Shown here: positions 1-8,555 of the stretch, one piece after another
Layout: every line of letters begins with the position of its first letter
How positions within the stretch are numbered: position 1 is the first letter of the stretch
NCBI RefSeq assembly: GCF_001412615.1
Contig: NZ_CP013011.1
Location: 1,991,837 to 2,023,836 of the forward strand
Length of the DNA stretch: 32,000 nucleotides
Source: Pyrodictium delaneyi
GTDB taxonomy: Archaea > Thermoproteota > Thermoprotei_A > Sulfolobales > Pyrodictiaceae
Direction of reading: 5' to 3'
Translations under genes and position numbers: made by a program
The notes under the pieces: generated by a model
Databases searched by the model: none
The model's input: the letters and a program-made list of their open reading frames with translations, nothing else
What the model was told of the DNA's origin: nothing

Positions 1-204
1 CCCTACGATCCTTCCAGCCGGCTGGGGCATTGCATAGCATATGAGTCCTCCCGCGAGTGTACGCATTTCGTAGATACGTTCAGTAGTAACCATGGATGCA
101 TGGATAACATAGTCTATCTCGTTCTCGCGGCCAGCTTCATCGTATATGAGGACAGGTATTCCTCTGCGAAACGCCTCTATGGCTTTTTCTAGTTGGTTGC
201 TCAA
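1..204 (-). CDS. ribB: 3,4-dihydroxy-2-butanone 4-phosphate synthase (RibB), N-terminal part; the ORF runs off the left edge
   Basis: Hand translation of the minus strand from TTG at 204 (in-frame TAG two codons upstream) gives MSNQLEKAIEAFRRGIPVLIYDEAGRENEIDYVIHASMVTTERIYEMRTLAGGLICYAM. This carries the RibB-type D-x-x-x-RENE-x-D and GLIC signatures. It is absent from the ORF track because it is open at the window edge. Confidence 0.75.
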   Translation of the reverse strand, partial: MSNQLEKAIEAFRRGIPVLIYDEAGRENEIDYVIHASMVTTERIYEMRTLAGGLICYAMPQPAGRIVG

Positions 205-337
205 GGGTGTCTATCCCTCAACCAGCTCCGAAAGCTATACCATGGAATTTCCTTATGCTACCCTAATCACTCATTCTAAGGCGGGGTGTTAAACGGGAGT
301 CGCTGTCCATCTATAGATCTTGTAATGGTTTGAGAAA

Positions 338-1054
338 CTATCGGCAAGTTACAGTTTCTTCTCCACGTTTGTCCACATACACTCGACAACTCCTAGCACT
401 CCTTATAACGGATAGCGCGTGAGCTGCGCGCGCTAGCGCAGCACGCGGATTATCGTCCACGCCTATACCTACCTTATATCTCCCGTCACCTATTGCCTCC
501 ATGACCAACCCTAAGGCATCATCTATGTTCTCCTCTGGAGCAAATAGTATAATGTTGTCGCCTCCAAGATAGCTTGGTATATAGCCTCTTGGGAGAGCAT
601 CCTCTACAAGTCTGATATAGAGCCTCATTACCTCGGCAAAAGGCTGGAGAAAGCCCTTTCGTCGCCTCTCGTTGCTAACCATGTCTAGATCTATGTGGAG
701 TGCCGCCACACCACCATCGTCGTAGTCGTCTATTGTTATACCTGGTTCTATGGGTACTCTGTCCCAGCCCGGACGATTTGTCGCAACTACTCTCATTGCG
801 ACCGGTACAGGGGATTCACGACTCACAACCCTGTATATCTCTTCGATGTTTTCTCTCGGTACACCGTTCAACACTGCTACCATTATGTCGTGGCTGAACG
901 GGACTATGTATCCTCCACTAGCTGCAGCAGCATCCATCGCTGCAAGGTATATTGCTGACTGCCGCTTCTGGATTATCCACTCTCTATCGTAACCTATCTC
1001 CTCTGTCCACTCACGGTACCCTATGAGTACTATAACGCCCGCCAGCAGCACCAC
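338..1054 (-). CDS. arfA: GTP cyclohydrolase III (archaeal riboflavin/F420 pathway, ArfA family)
   Basis: 238 aa with a GTG start. N-terminus VIVLIGYREWTEE, then HIDLD, GGDNIILFAP and KVGIGV, laid out as in the archaeal GTP cyclohydrolase III family. It sits between two other riboflavin genes. Confidence 0.8.
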   Translation of the reverse strand: MVLLAGVIVLIGYREWTEEIGYDREWIIQKRQSAIYLAAMDAAAASGGYIVPFSHDIMVAVLNGVPRENIEEIYRVVSRESPVPVAMRVVATNRPGWDRVPIEPGITIDDYDDGGVAALHIDLDMVSNERRRKGFLQPFAEVMRLYIRLVEDALPRGYIPSYLGGDNIILFAPEENIDDALGLVMEAIGDGRYKVGIGVDDNPRAALARAAHALSVIRSARSCRVYVDKRGEETVTCR

Positions 1055-1082
1055 ACCGTCTCCCCTCTATGCTAGCACACGC

Positions 1083-1853
1083 CTAGCTATTCCCTCCCGG
1101 AGCATCTTTCACTAGATCTGCTATTTTCCCGGAGAGACACGGCTCTATGTAAGGCTCAGCAGCAGGAGGACAACACGTTGACTCTACACGATAAGCTACG
1201 TGTACACAATTGCCACAAGGACACTTCTCAAGGCATAAGAGCCTTAGCCGCGGAGATAGGCTGGTTGTAGGGAACCCCTCCGCCTGAGGGTCGTCGAACA
1301 CATTCCTCCCAGCCGCAAAGACGTATGGAGTGTATGTTACCCGTATTTCGTCTACGAGCCCGGCTTTGAGCATGTTATAGTTTAGTATACCACCACCCTC
1401 AATGAGCAGCCGGCGTACATCATACTCCATGACTAGTATCTCCATCGCTTTAGCAAGGTCTACTACGCCATTCTCGCCGACTACGTGGACGCGAACCCCC
1501 TTAGCCTCTAGACGCTTAATCTTCTCGCTATCACGTACAGCCGTGAATACTATGACAGGGGGACCAGGTTCACTTACTAGGCGTAGCTCATCGTGTAGCC
1601 GCAGTCTGCCATCGACTACTACACGGTAGTACTTGTCGCTGCGAGGGTTTAGCCTTTTCCGGAGCGAGGGATTGTCTATTAGGACCGTAGAGGCGCCAAC
1701 CATTACTGCCTCGGCTGCGCCTCTCAGCAGCCGAAGCCTGGCAAAGTCATAGTTACAGCTTAACAAGCTATACCGTGTAGATGATGCTATCCTCCCGTCA
1801 AGCGTAGCAGTAGAGAATATTATCGTGTACGGCCGCGTCAACGACCTAGTCAA
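1083..1853 (-). CDS. arfC: 2,5-diamino-6-ribosylamino-4(3H)-pyrimidinone 5'-phosphate reductase (RibD C-terminal domain family)
   Basis: 256 aa with a TTG start. IIFSTATLDGRIAS, MVGASTVLIDNPSL and LLIEGGGILN are typical of the RibD_C/DHFR-like reductase fold. It has a Cys-rich C-terminal tail of about 30 aa. Riboflavin gene neighbours support the call. Confidence 0.75.
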   Translation of the reverse strand: MTRSLTRPYTIIFSTATLDGRIASSTRYSLLSCNYDFARLRLLRGAAEAVMVGASTVLIDNPSLRKRLNPRSDKYYRVVVDGRLRLHDELRLVSEPGPPVIVFTAVRDSEKIKRLEAKGVRVHVVGENGVVDLAKAMEILVMEYDVRRLLIEGGGILNYNMLKAGLVDEIRVTYTPYVFAAGRNVFDDPQAEGFPTTSLSPRLRLLCLEKCPCGNCVHVAYRVESTCCPPAAEPYIEPCLSGKIADLVKDAPGGNS

Positions 1854-2401
1854 GGTAGTCTCCGCCTAGCGATGGCTAGTGCACGCTTAGCCCTCTTTAT
1901 AGTGCCAGTCGTCCGTACCGGGATTATCACTGCACGGCTATCACCGATACGCCGTACTAGTCCTAAAGCTGCAAGTACGAGGTACTTAGTGTCGTGGGAT
2001 ACACGTAGTATACCCGCAGCCCTTTCAGGGTCATAGTATACTAGCTGTAGACGGGCCAGTGCTACCGTTAGCTGGCCAGTTAGCCTCTCAGCCGCCCGGA
2101 TTATTGCCCGCTCTACTTCCTGGGGCGATGGAGGCTGTTCACCTTCATAGACTATTATGAATGCTATGTAGCGGCGTCGTCTACGTCTACGCAGCTTCTC
2201 CAGAAACTTCTCCGCATCACTGCTCTGGAGAGCATAGCTTGCCGCTTTTAGGATACTACCCATTTCCTTGGCTAAGCTATCTAATCGCCTCTCTAGGAGT
2301 GCTACGCGCTTCTCAAGCATTCTCTGACCATGGACGCTCAAGGCTACGTAACCAGCAAAGCCGACGGCTAGAACCGCCAGTATAGCCGTGTCTAGCTGCA
2401 A
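1850..2401 (-). CDS. rnp2: RNase P protein component 2 (Pop5) with an N-terminal extension
   Basis: The C-terminal ~115 aa (RRRRRRRYIAFIIVYEG...ILRVSHD...PVRTTGTIKRAKR) match the Pop5 layout. It lies directly downstream of Rpp30, the conserved archaeal order. The longest ORF starts at TTG 2401. In-frame ATGs occur at residues 28 and 46, so the true start is uncertain. Confidence 0.7.
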   Translation of the reverse strand: MQLDTAILAVLAVGFAGYVALSVHGQRMLEKRVALLERRLDSLAKEMGSILKAASYALQSSDAEKFLEKLRRRRRRRYIAFIIVYEGEQPPSPQEVERAIIRAAERLTGQLTVALARLQLVYYDPERAAGILRVSHDTKYLVLAALGLVRRIGDSRAVIIPVRTTGTIKRAKRALAIARRRLP

Positions 2402-2403
2402 TT

Positions 2404-3072
2404 CTATACAGCCTCCCCGCCTGGGCTTGGATGACGCGCCTTCGTATTAACTATGGCAGCTGGGTAGCCCGTTATCGCGAGTTTCGCGATGTTTTCCGGC
2501 AGCCCAAATGCTACTAGCATTGCATGCACTGTTCTGGGATGCCACATTTCCCACTTAGTCCTGGCACCACTAGTCACGACCAATGGGGCCTCGTATGCTG
2601 CTGCACGCCTCGCTATAATCATTGTACCGCGGAGGCCTGCACGTGGATCACCGCCGTGAAGTAGTGGTAGAAACCTGAGCTCAACAGCTGCCCCACCCTC
2701 GCGTAGCATAGCAGCTTGGCTCTTGTCCATATACCTGGCCATACCGGGTGAGAGTACTACTAGCCCTACTCGGGGATCCCTGGCAGCTAGTCTAACAGCT
2801 TCAGCTGACTTAGGCTTCACGGCTACTAGGTCGAAGTTCAGAGCTATTCTCTTCAGTATGTTGACTGTCTTGCCCCAGGAGTCGGCTTCGATTGTTACAC
2901 GTGTTAGAGCCTCGATGCCCTCCTCTGTGAACACTCTAGCGTATTCACGTGCACGCTGAGGATCACTGTTCTCGATTGCTACGAGCCTATACCCCATTAT
3001 CTTTGCGAGTGAAGCCATCTCCATAGCGTCGCGGAGGCTGCGCGGCTCGAGGGCTAGATCCATGGACTTCAA
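2404..3072 (-). CDS. rnp3: RNase P protein component 3 (Rpp30, TIM-barrel/PHP-like)
   Basis: 222 aa. Supported by size, the FDLVAVKPKS...VVLSP core, and its position between the COG1325 gene and Pop5, as in the conserved archaeal superoperon. Confidence 0.7.
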   Translation of the reverse strand: MKSMDLALEPRSLRDAMEMASLAKIMGYRLVAIENSDPQRAREYARVFTEEGIEALTRVTIEADSWGKTVNILKRIALNFDLVAVKPKSAEAVRLAARDPRVGLVVLSPGMARYMDKSQAAMLREGGAAVELRFLPLLHGGDPRAGLRGTMIIARRAAAYEAPLVVTSGARTKWEMWHPRTVHAMLVAFGLPENIAKLAITGYPAAIVNTKARHPSPGGEAV

Positions 3073-3524
3073 GATACGAGCCCCAGCTCCTTGAGAACAT
3101 TTATGGCTTTGTCGAGGCGCGGAGTACCTCTAAGATTTATCATTACATGTATCACATCGTCACCGTCGTAGAATCTTAGCTCGCCTAGGAAGGCGTCTTG
3201 CTTGCTGAACCTTAGGTAGAACCTACCCTGCTTGGCATCATACCTGTTCTCCAGCATCATGGCAATGATCTTTTTGCTCTCTTTGTCGAGCCTCTCTGCT
3301 AGTCCACGTACAAACTCCTCCGCAGCATTACCTTCGAGCCTTACTACTATTCGCGTTATTGGGTTATTGTAGTGCCCCTCGAGCGTATATAGTGTAAATT
3401 CCACTTTTTCGTGGAGACTCTCTGGTACAATGTTGAGTATGGCTTGCTTAACCCGGTTGACATCCTCGGTTGCGTGTGCATGGGCAGCTATCTCTACCCT
3501 TATGACCTTGCTGGGCGCGGACAT
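3069..3524 (-). CDS. DUF54/COG1325-type predicted RNA-binding (exosome-associated) protein
   Basis: 151 aa starting IRVEIAAHAHATEDVNRVKQAILNIVPE. Size and position between L15e and Rpp30 match the conserved archaeal gene order. It overlaps the Rpp30 start by 4 nt. Confidence 0.6.
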   Translation of the reverse strand: MSAPSKVIRVEIAAHAHATEDVNRVKQAILNIVPESLHEKVEFTLYTLEGHYNNPITRIVVRLEGNAAEEFVRGLAERLDKESKKIIAMMLENRYDAKQGRFYLRFSKQDAFLGELRFYDGDDVIHVMINLRGTPRLDKAINVLKELGLVS

Positions 3525-3855
3525 TGCCTCTTACCCCTCGTAAGTATGTGTCGTCAAGCCTGCTATCTTTCTCTACGTTACACCGGCCAGGTTCTATCAG
3601 ACGTCGCCGGGCCTTCTTCAAGCCCACTACTCTCGAAGCATCTTTGACCATAAAATTCTTCAAGGACCATGCCTGGTCCGTTCTTCGCGTTACCGTACAC
3701 GGCATGAGCCTGATACAGATGGATGTATGAGGGCAGAGCACGCGTCACTGAATGCAGGGCAAAGTAGTAGGAAGAACAGCGCTATCCTATTGCCAACAAG
3801 CATGCCAAAAACTTAGAGCTAGGATAACGATGCTGGAATAACATAGAAATGAATG

Positions 3856-4536
3856 TTATTGGAGGTCTCCGTGATGGTACTTTTCGCGTATCTCGTCTGG
3901 TGCGATGAGGCGGGCGCCACGGTGGGCCTCGTGGCGCTTCTTGAGCTTGCGCTCCTTCTGCTTCTTCTTCCACTTGTACTTGTGTGTACCACGTAGACCG
4001 CGTGTCTTTCTTAGACCGCGCATTTTCTTGCCAGCGCTTGTTAGGCCACGGAATACGCGGCCGCGGTGCTGTTTCTCGCATATCCATCCCAGGTCCTTGT
4101 CCCGGCACACGGCAGGGTGGCTGCGATCTACTAGTATGACCTCATACCACTTGTACTCGCCGTCCTCTGCCACATAGTAGCTGTTAAGCACCTCCATGTT
4201 GGGGTACTTTCTGGCTGCACGCTCCTCAGCTATCAGCCTCGTAGACTTTGCCGGCGCATAGCCATAGACACCCATCCTCTTAGGGCGACGGCCCTTGTTA
4301 GGCCTCGGCCTGTTTAGACCGCCCTTGCGCACACGCACCCGAACCACTATGATGCCCTGCTTGGCCTTGTATCCAAGGCTGCGAGCACGGTCAATACGGG
4401 TTGGCTTCTCGATGCGCACAACACTTGGCTGGCGACGCCACTCCATTAGCCGGCGCTTCCACAGCTGCACTAGCTCGGGTACCTCGTGACGCTGCTTCCA
4501 TGTTTCCCTAAGATAGTGGTACAGACCGCGTGCCAT
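3856..4536 (-). CDS. rpl15e: 50S ribosomal protein L15e
   Basis: [15 protein letters not shown]...[33 protein letters not shown]...[22 protein letters not shown] is unmistakably L15e. Confidence 0.95.
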   Translation of the reverse strand: MARGLYHYLRETWKQRHEVPELVQLWKRRLMEWRRQPSVVRIEKPTRIDRARSLGYKAKQGIIVVRVRVRKGGLNRPRPNKGRRPKRMGVYGYAPAKSTRLIAEERAARKYPNMEVLNSYYVAEDGEYKWYEVILVDRSHPAVCRDKDLGWICEKQHRGRVFRGLTSAGKKMRGLRKTRGLRGTHKYKWKKKQKERKLKKRHEAHRGARLIAPDEIREKYHHGDLQ

Positions 4537-4592
4537 TGCCTTCCCCTACCTACCCTATCGTGAGCCCGGGAACCGACTAGCCCTGCTCTCCC

Positions 4593-4601
4593 TATTAAAA
4601 A
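4593..4601 (-). promoter_or_regulatory. TATA-like box (TTTTTAATA on the minus strand) upstream of L15e
   Basis: An AT-rich nonamer in otherwise GC-rich spacer, about 57-65 nt upstream of the L15e ATG at 4536. Confidence 0.35.
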
Positions 4602-4773
4602 CACTACAGCTCAGAGGTACCAGATTAGGCCTCCAGGCCTTTTGGCAACCCTTCGGCGGGGATGAAGACTTGCCCGCATCACGGAGCCTATGCGATCCCT
4701 CTACAAGGCTATGACGAAGTGTGCGCCCCGGCTGACCTCACACCATCCACGTCTCCGCTCGACCGTGAGTTGA

Positions 4774-6105
4774 CTAGCCCTTCTTAGCCGCAGCAGCAAC
4801 TATCTTGATTACATCATCGTCTCTTAGCTCGTAGTCCTCTCCTATGCGCGTCTTTGTCCGGGCATTTATTGCATAGAGGAACGTCTTCCCAAGATCGGTA
4901 TGCACCATATAGGCTAGCTCGCGCGCCGTCGTCCCCCGTGGCACAAGGTAGGCATCGGGCAGAATTCTTCCACGACCATCCGTGAACTTGTTAGCGTCTT
5001 CAACAGGATACACTGTTATCATGCCAAGCAGCTCTAGGAATGTCTTGTTTATTGCCTCCTGCACCCCCGTAGATCCCCACTTCTTAAGTACACGCTCCCT
5101 TATGTACTCAAGTGCTTGGAGCTGTTTCCTTGACAGTTTTTCCTCGTCAACTATTTCGAAGTCACTATCGCCCGGTATGTACCTTATTACTCCAGCGCGC
5201 GCTGCCCGCCGCAGCGCGAGCTCTGCCGCCGCACTAGTAGGTACGACTATGTAGTCCTTGAGTTCCTTCTTCATACGCTTGATGTTGTCTTCCGCCTCCG
5301 GTATATCGGCCTTATTAGCAGCTATGAGCATCGGCTTTGACAGCCTTATCCCTTTAGCGAATCTCCTAAGATCCTCCCGGGTCCAGGACGTGAGCGACTT
5401 ACCTGCAAGACCGGCATACTCTAGCGCTTTCTCTACATGGTATCTACGGATGCTTAGACCGCTAAGCCTCTGGGCAAGAGCCTCAACGATGTTAGCCCCC
5501 GTTGTGGAAACCTTCATAGCAAACCGGTCCCAGTCATTGAGCAAAATACCGTATATCCATTCTTCTAGCTCCTCTTCGAGCCACCTGACCTCCTCTACCG
5601 GGTCATATGTCCCCGGTGGAACCGGGTTCCCTGCAGCATCAGTAGAGCCAGAGGCATCTACCACCAGTATTATCGCGTCAGCCTGCCTTATGGCGTCAAG
5701 GAACCTGTTACCAAGACCTTTACCTTCATGCGCGCCCGGAATTAGACCTGGTATATCTATGAGCTTGACTGGTATGAAACGCCAACCGTCAGCACAGTAG
5801 CCGGATGCAGGGTCACAGCGAGGAAGCCCCAGCTCTACGTGGACGCACCGCTTTCTAACATACCCTACGCCAGTACTAGGCTCCAATGTAACGAAGGGTC
5901 TGTTACCGATCTCCACGGTGGCAAGTGTTGCAGCTGCGAAGAATGTTGACTTTCCAACGTTGGTCTTACCCACTATGCCTGCCTGTCTTTCGGGTGGCGG
6001 CAAGGCTCCTAGTACACCCGCCAAGGGAGTGTCTATAGATGTAGTTCTAAGGATGTTCCGGTTGCAAACCAGCCGGTAGGCGTTACCCGAGAGTATGAAC
6101 ATCAT
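4774..6105 (-). CDS. Obg-family (YchF/Ygr210-like) GTPase with a C-terminal TGS domain
   Basis: P-loop GIVGKTNVGKSTFF, DIPGLIPGAHEG (G3) and NKAD (G4), with a C-terminal TGS-like YELRDDDVIKIV. The first ~35-40 aa of the ORF are probably not translated; in-frame TTG codons sit at residues 28 and 35. Confidence 0.85.
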   Translation of the reverse strand: MMFILSGNAYRLVCNRNILRTTSIDTPLAGVLGALPPPERQAGIVGKTNVGKSTFFAAATLATVEIGNRPFVTLEPSTGVGYVRKRCVHVELGLPRCDPASGYCADGWRFIPVKLIDIPGLIPGAHEGKGLGNRFLDAIRQADAIILVVDASGSTDAAGNPVPPGTYDPVEEVRWLEEELEEWIYGILLNDWDRFAMKVSTTGANIVEALAQRLSGLSIRRYHVEKALEYAGLAGKSLTSWTREDLRRFAKGIRLSKPMLIAANKADIPEAEDNIKRMKKELKDYIVVPTSAAAELALRRAARAGVIRYIPGDSDFEIVDEEKLSRKQLQALEYIRERVLKKWGSTGVQEAINKTFLELLGMITVYPVEDANKFTDGRGRILPDAYLVPRGTTARELAYMVHTDLGKTFLYAINARTKTRIGEDYELRDDDVIKIVAAAAKKG

Positions 6106-6166
6106 TCTCGGACACAGGGCTAGCTAGGGTACCCTACACTTACAACTATTGTAAGTCATACTAGGT

Positions 6167-6171
6167 AAAAA
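6167..6171 (-). terminator. Oligo-T tract (T5) downstream of ndk
   Basis: The minus strand reads CGAGTTTTTACC about 48 nt after the ndk stop. Archaeal termination typically uses T-tracts. Confidence 0.3.
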
Positions 6172-6218
6172 CTCGTAAATGATGGTAGTAATATTGTTTC
6201 TTGAGCGTTCTAAGAGAT

Positions 6219-6647
6219 CTAATAGTCTCCTACAATCTCTTCGTCGCTGAAGAATACCTTGTACTCGCGTTCAAAGGACTCCCTGCTGTCGCTTGCATGT
6301 ATCACGTTAGCGCCTATGTCTAGCGCGAAGTCGCCACGTATGGTTCCTGGCGGTGCTTTTCTACCATCAGTTGGGCCTATCATCAGCCTCACTACTTCTA
6401 CTGCGCTGTCACCCTCGAGTATCATGGCTACAACAGGGCCGCTTGTGATGAATTCTACTAGCTCCTCGAAGAATGGCTTACCGCGGTGCACCTCATAGAG
6501 TTTCTCGGCTTCCTCGCGTGTAAGCCACTTCATCTTTAGAGCCTTTATCTTGAGGCCTTTCCTCTCAAACCTGGCTATAATCTCGCCTACAAGGCCACGC
6601 TTAACTGCATCGGGCTTTATCATTACGAATGTACGCTCTACCGCCAC
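6219..6647 (-). CDS. ndk: Nucleoside diphosphate kinase
   Basis: [31 protein letters not shown] and the active-site NVIHASDS. Confidence 0.97.
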   Translation of the reverse strand: MAVERTFVMIKPDAVKRGLVGEIIARFERKGLKIKALKMKWLTREEAEKLYEVHRGKPFFEELVEFITSGPVVAMILEGDSAVEVVRLMIGPTDGRKAPPGTIRGDFALDIGANVIHASDSRESFEREYKVFFSDEEIVGDY

Positions 6648-6781
6648 GCTGAGCCACCCCTCGCGCTACGCTGGAAGACTCCTAGCGGGAGGGCTGCTGG
6701 GAGGGCTATAAGAGGACACTCTTAGTACATGGTATACGGTATCGTCTAGCGTCTTTACTGGGCCTGTGATAGAGTCTTGGG

Positions 6782-7612
6782 GTGGCCTTAGTGTTTGTAG
6801 ACGATGTATGTAGAGCTGTTAGATCGTTTATGGCACGGCTAGGCGAGGGTGCGCGGAGGCTATTCCTACGTGGCGTAGCCGAGATGGAGAAGCATGAAGA
6901 TGTAGCCGCTCTCTACCATTATGCTACGATGATAGAAAAAGATGCCTACATGGATAGCCCGACTGTCAGCTGGCCAGGCTTCTTCAAACAGTACTACTGT
7001 TCTAACCGTGTAGAGTTGCCGGAACCCCTCAGGCATAGCGGTGTAGACACTCTTTCCGCTATAAGGCTGCGCAGGAGCCGAAGAAGCTACAGTCCCGAGC
7101 CACTAAGCCTTCTAGAAATTTCTACAATACTATACCATGCTGTAGGTATACGGGGGTGGGACGGCGACTGGCCTCTAAGAGTCTACCCTAGTGCCGGAGG
7201 CCTACAACCGGTAGAAGCCTATCTAGTTGCAGAGCGCGTTGAAGGCCTCGAACCCGGCCTTTACCATTACATTCCTCTTACTCACTCTCTCTGCCTGCTT
7301 AGAAGTGGGAGTTACATGGACATCCTCTCGACTATAGCACTTGGCCAAGAGCACATTGTCGAGGCCCCAGCTGCGCTACTAATTACAGCTGTCTATGCTA
7401 GGACCGCTAGCAAGTATGCAGCCCGCTCCTATCGCTACATCCACCTCGACGCTGGGACAGTAGTTCAGAACGTGTACCTAGTAGCTGAAGCGCTGAAACT
7501 AGCTACCGTTGTTGTCGGTGCCTTCTACGACGAGGAACTATGTAGACTACTTAGCGTAGACTGCTACATTGAGATACCCATAGCTATCATGCCTATCGGG
7601 AAGCGGTTATGA
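6782..7612 (+). CDS. SagB/ThcOx-type nitroreductase-fold dehydrogenase
   Basis: RRSRRSYSPEPLSLLEISTILYHAVG, YPSAGGLQPVEAYLV and GLYHY are hallmark SagB-type motifs. GTG start. Confidence 0.8.
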   Translation: MALVFVDDVCRAVRSFMARLGEGARRLFLRGVAEMEKHEDVAALYHYATMIEKDAYMDSPTVSWPGFFKQYYCSNRVELPEPLRHSGVDTLSAIRLRRSRRSYSPEPLSLLEISTILYHAVGIRGWDGDWPLRVYPSAGGLQPVEAYLVAERVEGLEPGLYHYIPLTHSLCLLRSGSYMDILSTIALGQEHIVEAPAALLITAVYARTASKYAARSYRYIHLDAGTVVQNVYLVAEALKLATVVVGAFYDEELCRLLSVDCYIEIPIAIMPIGKRL

Positions 7613-8550
7613 AGCAGTGCCTCTCTAACCAAGCCCTCGGGAGGAGATCCGGGATGTCTGGTTGTATAGCTGTTCTCGGCTTGGGGCGCATGGGCTCAGC
7701 TATGGCGAGGAGGCTTGCCGAGAAAGGCTATAGCCTGGTTCTTTGGAACCGCACAGTGTCCAGGGCTAAGGTTCTCGCAGAAGAGCTTGGGGCCGAAGTT
7801 GTCGCCTCACCTCGCGAAGCTGCCGATGCATGTGAGTTCATACACATAGTTGTATCTGATGACGAGGCCTCGCTCGAGGTTTTATCAGGGAGCAACGGTG
7901 TAGCTACAAAACCGCTAACTGGCAAGATTGTATTTAATCACGCGACAGTTACACCCCGGCACAGCATTGTAGCAGACAGCATAGTGTCGCGTGCTGGCGG
8001 CATCTATGTAGAGGCTCCTGTTGCGGGAAATCCTCGGAATGCGCTCGAGGGCAGCCTAGTCATATTATGTAGCTCGAGAGCCGGGGAAAGGGTGTGCAAT
8101 ACTAAGCATCTACGCGACCTAGGCGACGTCGTCTACCTCGGCGAGCCTCCTAGGGCTGCCGCTGCTAAGCTGGCCTTCAACTTGTCATTCCTCTCCATAA
8201 TAGCTGGGCTCGGAGAAGCATTCGCGCTAGTTGAGTCCTACGGACTTAGTGCTGATCTATTTGCAAGAGAGGTTCTGGGTAGGACATGGATTAAGACAAT
8301 AGTAGAGCGGTATGGCGAGAGACTATGGCCTCGTGGAAAGGCGAGCTTTGTCGCCAGACTAGCCGGGAAGGACGCAAGGTACGCGTTCGAGGCTCTAACC
8401 GACGCGGGGCTGCCAGGCGGTGTAGCTGCCGCTGTGGCTAACCACTACGCCTTGATGACACTCATGGGGCAAGGCGAGGAAGATTACCCATCACTTGCAG
8501 GTTTCCTCGCAGAGCTTGCTAGGAGTAGGAATAGGAAAGGCAGGGACTAG
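7609..8550 (+). CDS. NAD(P)-dependent beta-hydroxyacid dehydrogenase (3-hydroxyisobutyrate/6-phosphogluconate dehydrogenase-like)
   Basis: Rossmann motif IAVLGLGRMGSAMARRLAEKGYSLVLWNRT and KLAFNL in the C-terminal domain. ATG 7609 overlaps the SagB stop (ATGA). An alternative ATG at 7654 is preceded by GGGAGGAG. Confidence 0.8.
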   Translation: MKQCLSNQALGRRSGMSGCIAVLGLGRMGSAMARRLAEKGYSLVLWNRTVSRAKVLAEELGAEVVASPREAADACEFIHIVVSDDEASLEVLSGSNGVATKPLTGKIVFNHATVTPRHSIVADSIVSRAGGIYVEAPVAGNPRNALEGSLVILCSSRAGERVCNTKHLRDLGDVVYLGEPPRAAAAKLAFNLSFLSIIAGLGEAFALVESYGLSADLFAREVLGRTWIKTIVERYGERLWPRGKASFVARLAGKDARYAFEALTDAGLPGGVAAAVANHYALMTLMGQGEEDYPSLAGFLAELARSRNRKGRD

Positions 8551-8555
8551 CCTAC

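Noticed and set aside
3448-3741. ORFs (97 aa minus, 68 aa plus) and possible ncRNA in the 330-nt spacer between COG1325 and L15e
   Set aside because: The minus ORF runs out of frame into the COG1325 gene, and neither translation has motifs. I found no C/D boxes or tRNA-like folds. The only visible structure is the hairpin AATAACAT-n8-ATGTTATT overlapping the L15e stop codon. The spacer remains unexplained, but I cannot support a feature call.
4661-4735. Possible plus-strand C/D box sRNA (ATGAAGA ... ATGACGA-14 nt-CTGA)
   Set aside because: The C box has a mismatch in the core. No D' lies at 12 nt. The internal spacer is 26 nt, the second guide is 14 nt, and the total length of 75 nt is atypical.
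5258-5800. 180-aa plus-strand ORF, with similar long antisense ORFs at 11249..11799, 14773..15300, 20639..21133 and 27053..27520
   Set aside because: Each lies entirely antisense to a gene with unmistakable conserved motifs (GTPase, gltX, IDI-2, L18e/RpoD, AMP phosphorylase). The translations are low-complexity and Ser/Arg/Leu-rich with no motifs. These are typical shadow ORFs of moderately GC-rich coding DNA.
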